64,000 nt of DNA, taken from positions 62,001-126,000 of the forward strand of contig QPMI01000655.1 in assembly GCA_004431415.1 (NCBI GenBank), written 5' to 3'. A program made the translations under genes and the position numbers. This DNA is from Cyanophora paradoxa CCMP329. Taxonomy: Eukaryota; Plantae; Glaucophyta. The notes under the pieces are model-generated. The model saw only the letters and a list, made by a program, of their open reading frames with translations, was not told the DNA's origin and did not search any database. Numbering within the stretch: position 1 is the stretch's first letter; every line of letters starts with the position of its first letter. Of the stretch, positions 23,148 to 35,400 are shown one piece after another.

Positions 23148-26100
23148 TCAGCGGTTGTTGTCGCCGAGGAGGTACTGCCGGATGCTGGGCACCTTCTGCA
23201 GCACGTCGGGGGGGATCTGCACGCGGGGGCGCGTCAGCGTGCGCCGGCGCGGGGGCGCGGGGCGGGGGCGCGGGGCGGGGCGGGCCATGAGCATGAGGAA
23301 GACGGTGGTGCGGGCCTGCTCGCCGAGGTGCCGCTGCACGCCCCGGAAGACCGAGAAGTAGAGGACGAAGACGGCGATCACGACGGCGGCGACGAAGGCC
23401 CGCTGGCCGAGCCCGAAGCCGGCGAGGATGGCGCGGGCCTCAGCCTGGTAGAGCTCGACGCTGCGGCGCAGGTTGGCCTGCATCGGCTCCGCCTCGTACG
23501 TCTGCAGGTACGCGAAGTGGGAGTTGGCGGGCGAGAGGAGGTCCGGCGCCGACGCCAGCAGCATCTCCGCCTCGTTCTCCAGCCGCATGATGAGGCGGTG
23601 CAGGCCGTTGAGCCTCTCCAGCTCCGCCGGGCTGCACTCGCGCCCGCCCTGCGAGCGCTGCAGGCACTCGGACTCGAACATGAGGGCGTCCTGCTCCGCG
23701 TCCCGCCCCGCCGTCGCCGGCAGGCCCATCGTCTCGTTCCCGTACAGCAGGCCCCGGTGCGCGATCCCGAAGAGGGAGAGGTACTTCGAGGCCGCCGCCG
23801 CCGCCAGCTCGTACGACTCGCACGCCGCCGCCGTCGCCGCCGCCGCCGCCCGGGAGGCGAGCAGGGGCGGCGCCGGGGCGGGGAGGCCGCGGGCGGCGGC
23901 GGGGGCGCCGGCGACGAGCTCGCGGGCGTAGTAGACGACGAGGCGGACGAGGGAGCGGCGCTTGCCGCTGAAGTTGCGCTCCGCCCCGAAGTTCTGGCAG
24001 CGGTCGGCGTAGTAGAAGCCGAAGGCGAACCAGGCGACGAAGAGGAGGGAGAGGAGGCCGAAGGCGATGGCGTAGCGGCGCGTCACGGGGTCCAGCCCCG
24101 CGCCGCGGCGCCGCCGGCCCTTCCACTTGGCGCCCTTGCGGCGCCCGGCGCGGCCGGCGACGAGGCCCTCCTCCTCGTCGGGCTCGTCGAAGACGGCGAA
24201 GGCCTGGCGCGTCGTCTGCCCGCCCTGCCCCGCCCCGTTGTTCGCCTCCTCGAGGAGGTCCTCGTCGTCGTCGTCGCCCAGCTCGTCGTCCTCCTCGTCC
24301 TCGTCGTCCTCGTCGACCATCTCCTGGCGGCGGCGGCCGTGCTTGCCGGACATGCGGAGCAGCGCGGCCTTGGGGATGTCGTAGAAGAGCTCGAGGGCCT
24401 TCTCCTTCTCCACCTCGACCTTGCGCACCGTCGCCCAGAGGACGACGAAGAGGAGGACGGAGAGGAGGCCCACGACGCCGACGACGACGAGCACGAGGCA
24501 GACCTTGACCTGCGCGAGGAGGCCCTCGGCGTGCTTCTGGTCGTTCACCGTCGCCTCGTCGAGCGCCCCGAAGATCGCCGCGCCGTTCGAGGCGATGAAG
24601 AACTGGTGCTCGTTGAGGGCGGCGGGGTTGGTGAGGGAGGCGAGGGAGGCCTTGGCGACGCCGCGGGCGGCGTCGATGAAGAGGAGGCCGGCGTTCCAGA
24701 CCGAGTCCCGCGCCACGAGGACCTCCCGCGAGCCGCCGCTCGCCAGGCGGTAGAACTCCACCGTCACCCCCTTCGCGTTCTCCGAGTTGCCCAGCGTCAG
24801 GTGCGACTTCTCCATCTCCGCCGCCTGCGAGTCGATCGAGTCAGCCTCCCTCCTTGGAAACCCTTCCGATTCGCTGCTCTAAATGCACGCAGCTCGGCCC
24901 GATGACAACGCCTTCGTGCGCTGGAGGGGCGCGGGCCGGTGGCCGGGTGCGGGGCGGGGCGCACGTCGGAGAGGATCTGCTGGCGAGCCTCGGCCTCGCC
25001 GAAGGAGAGGGCGGCGGCCCAGGCCGGCTCCGCCATCAGCTGCAGGGCGCGCGAGAAGTACATGATGTTGACGACGAAGCGGCGGCGCCCCGCGGAGAGC
25101 GCGACGACCTCCATGAAGGCGCTGTAGTCGTCCACCAGGCTCGTGATGAAGAAGTACATGCCGAGGGCGGCGCCGGCCACCACGCACGTCACCAGCAGCG
25201 CCACGCGCCCCAGCCGCGCGATCACCCCCGAGTTGTCGCTGTTCTGCGCCTCCGCGACCCGCCGCTTGAGCTTCTGGATGCGCGCCGCGCGCTTCGCCGC
25301 CTTGCCCGAGTCGGCGGCCGACTGGGAGCCCTCGCCGACGCTCTCCGCGCCGGCCTGCGAGCCGGCGAGGCTCGACTTGCGGCCGACGCCGCGGGAGCCG
25401 CCGCCGACGGAGCCGGCGGCGCTGGACTTGTGGGCTGCGAGGAGGGAGCCGCGGCGGGAGCCGCCGCCGGCGGAGCCGACGCTTGCCTTGCGCTGCGGGG
25501 GCTTGAAGTCGGTGACGAGGCGGTGCTCGGCGGGGCCGAAGGAGAGGCCGCGGCGCTCCTTGCCCTCGCCCCCGCCCCCCTGCGAGCTGAGCCGCCCCGC
25601 CAGCTTCTTCGTGCCCCCGCCCCCGCCCCCGCCGGAGGAGGCGATGGAGACGAAGGAGGCCTTGGGCCCCGCGAGGCGCTTCTTGGGGCCGGGCGCCCCG
25701 CCCTCGCCCTCGCCCCCCTCCGTCACCTGCAGCTGCACCGAGCTCTTGCGCCCCGCCTTCCCCTTCCCCTTCTTTCCCAGCGTCGCCACCTTCGCCGTCC
25801 CCGCACCCTCCTCGCCGGCCCCGTCCGCCGCCTCGGCCGGGGCGCCGGGGCCGGGCGGGGGCCCCATGCCGGCGATGCCGAGGCCCTCGAGGGAGGCGGG
25901 GGCGGCGAGGGGCGTCCCCACGGCCCCGCCCTCGTCGGCCCCGCCGCGGCCGGCGCGGCCGGGGAAGGTCGTGCGGTTCTTGCCCGAGCCCGAGAGGGGG
26001 CCGGGGCCGTGTGGAGAGGGCGGCGCGAGGGCCGGCCCGAGGGAGGGCGAGAGGGAGGGTCCGACGCCGGAGAGGCCGCGGGGCGCGTTGACGACGCGGA

Positions 26101-29100
26101 AATCGACGGCGCTGCGGCGGAGGGAGACGCTGAAGGCCGTCCCCAGCAGCGCCGCCTCGGGGCTCGGCTCGGGGCGGGCGACGGCGAGGGTCCCCGCGTA
26201 GGGGGCCCGCCCGTAGCGCGGGAGGGCGACCACGTTGGCCGTCCCCGTCGCGTCATCCCCTAGCACCCCCTCCAGGTTGACGGGGCCCGAGGGGTACACG
26301 CGCGGCACGAAGGCGGCGTCGCGAACGGGCCGCATGACCGTGTTGGGGGCCATCCCGGGGGCCGACTTGATGGTCACCGAGGCGCCGCCCTCGCCCTCCT
26401 CATCCTCCAGCGACACCGTCTGCGGGGCGGCGCCGTCGGCCCCCGGCCCCGCAAAGAGGCGAGAAGAAGCAAAGAGAAGGAGGAAGGTGGAGACGAGGGG
26501 GAGGGGCGGGGCGGGATGGGCGCACGGCGGTCTGGAGGAACTCGGCGAGGGGCGCCCCCACCGCCTCCTCGAAGCCGCACCCGAAGAAGAGGGCGAACGA
26601 CGGGTCCACCGCCCGGATCTGCCCCCGCCGCTCGCAACAGGCGGGGCAGGCGGGGCGGGGCGAGGCCGGCGCGCACGATGCCCTCCGCGTCGACGGCAAC
26701 GGTCGTCTGGGCGGGGCCCTTGGCCGAGGCCGGCGGGGCGACGCTCATCCGCCGGCTCGGCCGCCGCCGCTGCGTCGCGATGCTCTCCACCGCTGTCCCC
26801 AGGCCGTACGCCACCGACTGCCGCCGGTTCTCCACGCTCGAGCGCCGCGGGGCATCGCCCTCGCCCCGCGGGAACATGACACTCGAGCGGCGGGCCTCGG
26901 GGGCGGCGCTGTCGCGCGGGAACATGACGCTGGAGCGGCGCGGGCCCTCGCCGGCGGGGCCTGCGACGACGCTCGAGCGGCGCGCGGCGTCGCCGGGGAC
27001 CAGCGCCGAGGCGCGCCGGCTGCCCGCGTCGGGCCCCGCCGGCTGCCCCGCGCACGCCGCCTCAGCGGCGACGACCGAGGGAAGGAGGGCGGGGGGCGCA
27101 CGGAGGAAGGTGGCGAAGCGCGCGGCGAGGTCGGCGATGACCGACTGGCGCCGGCTGCGGCGCGGCTCGGCCGCCACGGCCGCCCCGGCCTCGGGCGAGA
27201 GGTTCGTCGAGGGCCGCAGGCTCCCGCCCTCGCCGGGCACTGTCAGGCCGGCCGTGCGCCGCGTCGAGAGCCCGGCCCCCGCGCCGGGGCCGGCCTGGGT
27301 GGAGGGGCGGCGGGAGTCGCCGGGGGCGTGGCCCTCGGAGGGGTCGGGGGCGGCGTCGGGGGCCTCCATGTTCCCCACCAGCGCCTCCATCGTCTCCCGG
27401 TCCATGGGCTCCTTCACCGCCATCGTCGCCATGTCGATCGAGCCGCGCTGCACCCGCATGCCCCCGAGCCACGCGTTCATCCGCGTGCTCCGGTTCCGCC
27501 CCGACCCGCCGGCCCCCGCGGCCCCCCCGGCGAGCCCGATCCCCATCGCCTCCTCGCGGAGGGCGGCCGGCTGCCCCTGGGAGACGGAGGCGCCGTCGAG
27601 CCAGGCGGCGATGGCCGGCGGCACGCGCCGCGCCGACACTGACGCCTCGTTCCGCCGCGAGGCCGCCCGGTGGTGGTCCGACCCGTCGCTCCCCGACTCC
27701 CCCCCTCCCTCCTCCTTCGCCTCTCCGTCCCGGCTCCCCGCCGGCGAGCGCGCGTTCGGCGGCGACCCCGCCCCCGCCTCCTCGTCGCTGCCCGAGGCCC
27801 CTCCGCCGCCGCGCGCCGTCCCCGCGACCGCCCGGCTCGTGGCCGCCGCCCGGTGCGGGCGCCGCTGCCGCTGCCGCGGCCGCTGCCGCGGCCGCTGCCC
27901 GAGCCGGAGAGGGCGCCGCTCCCCGGGGCATCGCCAGCGCGAACGGCCTCGGCTTCGGGCTGCCCCGCGCCTCCGGCCCGAGGCTCGCGAAGCCGAAGCC
28001 GGCGCCAACGCCGGCGCCGGCGGCGCGCCCCGCGAGGCTCGCGGCGGCGGCGGCGGCGAGGCGGGCCTCGTCGTCGGGGTCGCCGGCGGGGCCCTCGGGG
28101 CCGGCGTCCTCGAAGCCGACGGCGTCGGCGGCGCCGGCGGCCTCCTCGTCCTCGTCCTTGAAGAAGGCGAAGTCCTGCGTGTGCGCCTCCTCGTGCTCGT
28201 CGGCGAGGTCGTAGTGCTCCTGGGCCTTGGCGAGGTCGTTGTGGCACTCCTCGAGGAAGCGCCCGTAGAGGCGGAGGATGCGGGGGTTGTGCGGGTGCTG
28301 CTCGAGCAGCGTGCGGTAGTAGTACTGCGCCTCCTTCTCCGTGCGGTCGATGCGCGTGATCGCCCGCTCCAGCGACCGCAGCGGCGTCTGCGGGTCCAGG
28401 ATGTAGGCCCAGAACTGCTGGAAGGCCCGCAGGCACTGCCGGTGGCCCTTGCGCGCCCCGCCCATGTTCTTCACGTACTCGATGTACCCGATCACGTCCA
28501 GCTTGCGCGAGCCGACCTCCGCCGCGTGCATCAGCTGCTGCCGCTCGTTCATCTTCCGGTACACGAAGAAGCGCATGTCCATGAACGGCTGCCGCGCACG
28601 AGGCTCAGCGGGGCGCGCGCGCGCGAGAGGGGCGCGGGGCCGGCGCACCCGCAGCTTGGCTGCCGTGCGGATCTGCGCGGTGCAGGAACGGGGTAAGCGG
28701 TCGCGAGCGGCGAGGTCGGGGCGGGACGGGGCGGGGCGGGGCGGGGCGGGCCTTGTCAAAGCCCTGCTGGGGGTTCTCCCGGTAGAAGAAGAGGAACTGG
28801 GCGTAGCAGACGTACACTGCGCGCGGGGCGCCTCAGCGGCCAGGCTCGCTGGAGGGGGGCCGGGGCGGGGCGGGGCGGGCCGGCGCTGGACTTGGGGAAC
28901 TGGGCGATGCCGGACTGGTAGATCTGCTCGGCGAGGTCGAGGGCCTCCTCCCCCGCGTCCTCCTGCAGGAACCGCGTCGCCAGCTCCACGTGCAGCGCCC
29001 GCTGGTACTCCGCCTCCCCCCGCCCCGTGCAGAAGCGCGCGAAGAAGCGCGCCCGCGTGCCCCACCAGGCCGCCCCGAAGACCACGGGCGCCCCGGCGAG

Positions 29101-30642
29101 CATGGCGGCCGTGAGGGTGGCCCCCGCGTACGCGTTGTTCTGGTTCTCCACGATCACGAAGATCGCGAACCAGGTGAAGGCCGCGAAGCCGGCCGTCCGG
29201 TAGCAGTTCACTGCCCCGCCCCCTCAGACGGGCGCGGCGCGCGCGCATCACCCCGGGGGATCGCACTGCGGATGTTGTAGTAGGGGTAGACTGGGAGAGG
29301 GCGGGGCGAGGGGTGAGAAGGGGGCGGGGGGCTCGGGGGCGGGGCGGGGCGGGGGCGGGCGGACAGTTGAGCATGAGCCAGAGGAGGGCGAGGCCGCAGA
29401 GGAGGTAGATGACGCCGAGGTGGAGGTCCTTGAGGACCTTCAGGCCCTTGGCGATCGAGAGCAGGATCGTGACGACGAGGTACACGAACTCCACCCGCGA
29501 GTGCGGCCGCGCCTGCAGCACGCTCCCGCTCTTCGTCGGGTCCGGCTCGAAGAACTGCCCCGGGAGGAAGGCGCGGGCTCGGATCGACTGGCCGGCGGGG
29601 CGGGGCGGGGCGGGGCGGGGCGGGGCGGGGCGGGCGGACGAGGAGGCCGACGGAGAGGGCGAGGAGGGAGGTGACGGCCATCGAGGCGATCGCGAAGCCG
29701 AAGTAGAGGAGGAAGGTGCCGTCCCAGCACAGCAGGTCCCCGGGGTACGACAGGTGCGGCCCCGCCGCCAAGTTGCAGTTGAACATTACCGCCAGCACCT
29801 GGATGATCGGGATCTGCCGCGAGAGGCGGGGCCCGTCAGCGCGCCCCGGCGGCGGAGCGCGCCCGGGCGCGGGCACACGTAGAGCAGGTCGAGCAGGACC
29901 GTCACGGCCCGTCGGAGGATCTTCAGGGGCCAGATGAACCTGCCGGGCGATGTTAGCGGGAGAACCACGGCGCGCGGCCAAGGAAGGCGAGGGAGGGGCG
30001 GACCGGATGCGGTGCTGGCCGAACTGGTACCCGACGATGGCGGCGTTGACGAGGGCGACCATGCAGAAGGCGACGCTTATCCAGAAGACCACCGCGAACC
30101 TGCGCCGCCATCAGCGAGGCCCTCCGGCGGGATTGGCGGTGGGGGAGAGCGCACGTCTTGAAGGGCCACGCGTTCCAGTTGATCCACGAGAGGGACGAGG
30201 GCAGCGACGTGCCGAATCCCGTCGTCGCGCCCGTAGCCAGCGCGCCCCAGCTGCAGCGGGCCTCAGCGCGCGCGGCGGAGAGCGACGGCCGACGCCGCGC
30301 CTGTATGTGTAGAGCGGGAAGTAGAGGAGCTGGATCAGCTGAATGAGCTCTGGCACCCACGCGTACTTGTTCTTTCCGTCATCCGTCTTCAGCATCACAT
30401 CTGCGCAACGTCATCGGCGGCGGGGCGGCAGGGAGGGCGGCGGGCGTACAGAGGATGCCGAAGAGCATCTCCAGCAGCTGCGCTGCGGTCCGATTGAGCC
30501 CCTCCAGAGCCTTGTCGTGGCCATCGCGCCTACTCGACGCCCCCGACGCCTGGCTCTTCCCCTGGTCGCTCTTCCCATCCGCCTGCGACTGGGACGCCTG
30601 GCTCTGCGTCCGCCCCCGCAGCCGGGCGAAAGCTCGTGCCAT
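23148..30642 (-). CDS. TmcB/TmcC-like multi-pass membrane protein with TPR-like and PAS domains
   Basis: N-terminal TM bundle (QARPHSRVEF, YPYYN), VELATRFL..AEQIYQSGIAQFP, PFMDMRFFVY, AQYYYRTLLEQHPHNPRILRLYGRFLEECHND, PAS (VAVDAEGI|IRAVDPSFALFFG), second TM region, C-terminal TTVFLMLM|IPPDVLQKVPSIRQYL. One apparent frameshift near 27850. Confidence 0.82.
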
Positions 30643-30927
30643 CGGTGCTGTGCTGCAGCTAGCTAACGCACAGATCGCGGGATCATGAGCGCCGCCACCG
30701 GGCCATAGCGGACGACGGCCAAGCCACCGTCGCGCTCACCACCACCTTCAAAATGTGTTGTGGTGTTCCAATCTAGCTCTGCCCTCACAAAAGAGCAGAT
30801 CGCCTCGGACGGGCTGGCGTCGACAGCAGCGGACAGCTGCGGATACGTATGCTTGCTGCTGCTGCGCTGCTTCTTGCAGCTGTACCGTCAATGCCGAGGT
30901 CGCCTTTTTTTTGCCTCAAGTCCCCAC

Positions 30928-31446
30928 CAGTGATGGCAATGTTATTAATAAGGATTTTATTAATTCCATTAGTAATTAGTTAGTAATACATTATATAATG
31001 GTCCCCAGTTCAGCCATCCTTATTAATAACAAGTTATTTATTAGGGGGGTACCTAGCATTGCACCATATTTCCACTTTGCTTCGCGCTGCTACGCATCTG
31101 CGAGCTGCGCAATGATCTGGGAGCGATGTAGAAGCATTCCTAGCTGTTTCGGGGATGTTGTGGTAGCGCCCGGAGACGTTGTCGACGTTGCATCTGGTAC
31201 CCCTCTGCAAGGGACGGGTCTTATTTCATGCAAGCAGTAAGCATGCACTCGTTCATGCTGTGACTGCTTTATTGGAGAGTGTTTCTGCACCATCTTCCAC
31301 CGAAAAACGCCCTCAAACGCCCTCAAACTGCCTCGAACGGGTTTGTATGGGACGTTATTAATAACGTTATTAGTAACATTATAATAATATATTATTAACA
31401 TTATATAAATAGTCCATTTTCCAGGTTATTAGTAATTCCATCACTG
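30928..31446. mobile_element. Non-autonomous hAT-type DNA transposon (MITE), 519 bp
   Basis: TIRs CAGTGATGG(C)AAT..TAATAA / TTATTAGTAATTCCATCACTG; perfect 8-bp TSD GTCCCCAC at 30920-30927 and 31447-31454; AT-rich subterminal TAATAA/TTATTA repeats; no transposase. Confidence 0.92.
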
Positions 31447-31897
31447 GTCCCCACCGCTGCTTTCGCGGGAGCAGCTAGATCTTGGGTCCGCGGCGGCCAA
31501 CCGCACTCAGGAATCAGGGAGCGCAGGATCCCGGCCATGCTTATGACTAGACGCGTACAAGCGTAGTATAGAAGCGCGTCCCAGCTCTTCGCCGAGTCGA
31601 GCAGACAGGTGGGGCGGTTTCTTTCTCGGCGATCCGGTCCAGCTGACGGTCGCTGATCCTAGCATTCGTCTCCCAGTATCGCGGGGATAAGCAGACTGCC
31701 AGCGGCTGGCCTGGAGATCGCGTCCCTGCGTCCAGGATCTCGGCAGACGAAGGGGGCGCGGGCCGGAGGGCTCATTAGCCAGCGCAGCTACGCAGCAGCA
31801 TCTACTCTTGCTAGCTCACCAGGCAGGAAGCGGAAGGGCGGCTCACCCCGTGACGCCGGGCCCCTCGGGCCCCGGCGCTCAGTAGCCAGGCGCGGCG

Positions 31898-32432
31898 ATG
31901 GATATCGTCATTCCCATCGTCCGCAAGGGTGCTGTGGCGGCATGGAGGGTGTGCATTGCCCTCCTTCTTCGCCCGCGCCGCAGCGAATGACGCGATTGCG
32001 CCTCCAGCTCTTCTCGAAGTTCCTGCACACACCGTCCGGGCTGCAGCCGGTGCGGGGCAATCCAGGAGGCCTCAAACCGTCCAAGGCGGCGGCCCCGCCG
32101 CCGGACGAGGACGAGGAGTACTTGGCGGGCAACGCCGCGGAGGAGGACTGGTGCGGCCCCTGCCGATGGCCGCGGCCCGCGGCGCAGCGGCCGCCGTGAC
32201 GCCGGGAGGGTCGCAGGGACAAGGCCTACAACCGCTTCTCGCAGGCGAACTCGCTGTTCATCTTCGACTTTGACCACCCGCTGCGGGAGTTCTGCCAGCG
32301 CTTCGTCCTCCACAAGTACACGTTCTCCTTCTTCTTCCTCCTCACCCTTGGCTACACCATATCCCTCTCCGCCCGCGACCCCTTCGACGCCGGCCGGTGC
32401 CGCTCCCCCCCGGCCCCCGCTCCCCACCCACG

Positions 32433-32466
<34 letters not shown>

Positions 32467-35400
32467 TCACGCCCCGCCCCCGCAGCAACAAGGTCCTCGA
32501 CTATATCGACATTTGCTTCACAGTGCTCTTCACGATCGAGTTTATTATGAACGTGCGCCGAGGGCGCGCCGGCCGCGCTGCCCCTGCCCCACCCTGAGCG
32601 CCCCCGGGCGGCCGGCAGGTCATCGCACGGGGCTTCATCCTGCACAGGAGATCGTACCTCAGGAGCTTCTGGCACTGGCTCGGTGCGCACGTGGGCGCGG
32701 TGCCCGGCGGCGCGGTGCCGGTGGCTGGGGCGGGGGGCTGAGGGGGCGGGGCGGGCAGACATGGCGGTGGTCGTGTTCGGCTGGCTCGCCCTCTCGCCGG
32801 CCTTCAAGAAGTTCGCGATGGTGCAAGTCCGCACCATCCGCCTCTTCCGCGCCTTCCGCGGCCTCCTCCCCCTCATGAAGGCCCGCCCCCCGCCCCTCCC
32901 CCGCCGCCCCCGCCGCCGCCGCCGGCGCTGACGCCGGCGCAGCTGCTGATGGCGGCGGTGGCGGCGGCGGCGCCGCTGCTGCTGCAGCTCGCCCTGCTGC
33001 TGCTCTTCTTCTACACGACCTTCGCGATCATCGGGATGCAGCTCTTCGAGGGGGCCTTCCAGAACCGCTGCGTCGACTCCCTCACGGGGGCCATGACCCT
33101 GGACACGCAGTGGCCCGGGCAGGACGCCTACCCCGAGGCGATGTGCTCCCTCGAGCCGGGGCGCGGCCGCCCCTGCGACGCCGGCACCATCTGCTCGCGC
33201 TTCGTGCACGCCACGCTGGGCTACTCGAACCCGACGTGGGGGTACACGAGCTTCGACAACTACGAGGTCGCCGTCCTCACCATCTTCCAGTCCCTCACCG
33301 TCCGCCCCCGGCCCCCGGCCCCCGCCCCCCGGCCCCCGCCGCGCGCTCGCGACCCCGGCGGCGCAGATGTCGCAGTGGTCGTGGTACATGTACTGGCTGG
33401 GGGACGTGACGAACCACTGGCTGGCGTACGTCTTCTTCATCGTCATGGAGCTGCTCGGCGTCTACGTCGTCCTCAACATGTTCCTCGCCGCCATCACCAC
33501 CAAGTTCGAGGACCAGACCAGCGCCCAGGCCAAGGCCCAGCGCGGCAACCCCGGCGCCCGCCTCGCCCAGCTCTCCGTCCGCCAGCGCGTCCACACGCTC
33601 ATCCCCCCGGCCCTCCGCGAGACCTACGCCGACCTCCGCCTCGCCGCCTCGCGCCGCTGGGCCCGCGTCAAGCAGCGCCTCGCCGCCTCGCCGGCCTACG
33701 CGCGGGCCTCGGGGGCCTGGGAGGAGGCCTCCCCCCAGCGGGACGCGGCGCGCCGGGGCATCTCGACGGCGCACCAGGTTGCCCTCGCGGCGGCCTACGT
33801 GGCCAACTACGCCTCGCTGGCGGCCTACTCGGTGGGGGAGGGCAGCGAGGCGGCGCACCGCGGCCTCTACTACTTCTTCACCGCCTTCTTCGCCCTCTCC
33901 ACCCTCGCCCAGGCCCTCCGCTCCGGGCTCTGGCGCTACGTCTCCGCCAACAAGTGGAACCTCCTCGAGGCGATCGTCGTCGTGTGGAGCGTCGCCGAGT
34001 GCGCGGCGCGCGTGGAGCGGCCCTACGCGAACGCCCTCCGCATCCTCCACCTCATCCGCCTCCTCTCCCGCTCCGACCGCGTCTTCCGCATCCTCACGCG
34101 GAACATGGCCCGCGCCATCTCCTCCCTCGTCTCCTTCCTCCCCATCTTCTTCTCCACCGTCCTCGCCTTCTCGCTCTTCGGGATGCAGCTCTTCGGGGGC
34201 GGGTGCACGTTCGACGCGACGTGCACGAACCCGAGTTCGGCGTCGCTGGGGGAGTCGCCGCGGGCCTCCAACTTCGACTCGCTCTTCAACAGCTACCTGG
34301 CGACCTTCCAGGTGCTGATCGCGGACATGTGGAACAACCTCATGTTCGACGGGATGCGCGAGCTGGGCGTCGCCGGCGCCCTCTACTTCCTCGCCATCTT
34401 CATCCTCGGCGTCTACCTCATGCTCAAGTGCGTGCCGCCCTCCAGCCGGCCCGCCCCGCTGGGCCCCCCGCTGAGCCGGCCCCGCAGCGTCTGGCAGACG
34501 ATCGTCATCCTCAACGTCTGCGCCGACCTCCCCGTCAAGGACTCCAGCTTCCTGGACCGCATCCAGGGCGGCCTCAGCGGCGAGGCCGCCGAGGCCGCCG
34601 CCAAGATGGCCGCCCACAAGCGCCGCGCCGAGGGCCAGGAGGTGGGCGACGAGGACGAGGAGGAGGGGGCGAGCGAGGACGCGAAGCGGACGGCGCGGCA
34701 GAAGCGGGTGGCGCGGGGCCGCCTCTCCTCGCTGGCGCGCTCCTCGGCGTCGAGCGTGGCGGCCATCTGGGCCTTGGCCAAGCGCCCCCACGTCGAGGAC
34801 GACGGCGAGCACGCCTGGAGCGAGGCCGGCAGCGCCCGCGCCGGGCCCGACCGGCGCGCCAGCCTCCCGATGCCCGCCGCGGGCGGGGCGGGGTCGGGGC
34901 GCGAGGGGCCGCCGGGCGGGCTCGCCGGGCTGGCCTCGTCGTCGGAGGGGGCCTCGGGGCTCGCCTCGCCCCCGCTCGACTCGCCCACCTCCTCGGAGAG
35001 CTCCGCCGAGTCGACGCCCAAGGGCCGCCCCTCGGCCGCCTCGGCCGCCGCCGCCGCCTCGGGCGGGGCCGGGGAGACGGCGGTGGAGGTGGTGGCCCCC
35101 GGGGAGGTCTCCGATGAGCGGGCGCCGGAGGGAAAGAAGCGGGCGGCGTGGGGCGCCCCCGGCAAGGGCCCCAAGGCCGACTCCGACTCGGCCTTCGGGA
35201 CGGTCGTCGACCTCTCCGCCGCCCCCGGGCCCGAGGAGGCGGACGGGAGCACCCCGTCCGGCACGCAGACCGCCGCCACGGGGACGCCCCCCGGGGCCGC
35301 CGCCCCCGGCAAGCCGGCCTCGGTCGTCGTCCTCCCCGCCGCGGCGGCGCCGGGGCCGGTGGTGATGAGAGCGGCGGGGGCTCCCCCGCAGCGCACCAAC

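Noticed and set aside
27830-27900. Programmed frameshifts or pseudogenisation (also near 12360, 38570 and 52500)
   Set aside because: The shifts fall in GC-rich low-complexity or homopolymer tracts of otherwise intact genes, so sequencing error or an unrecognised small intron is more parsimonious.
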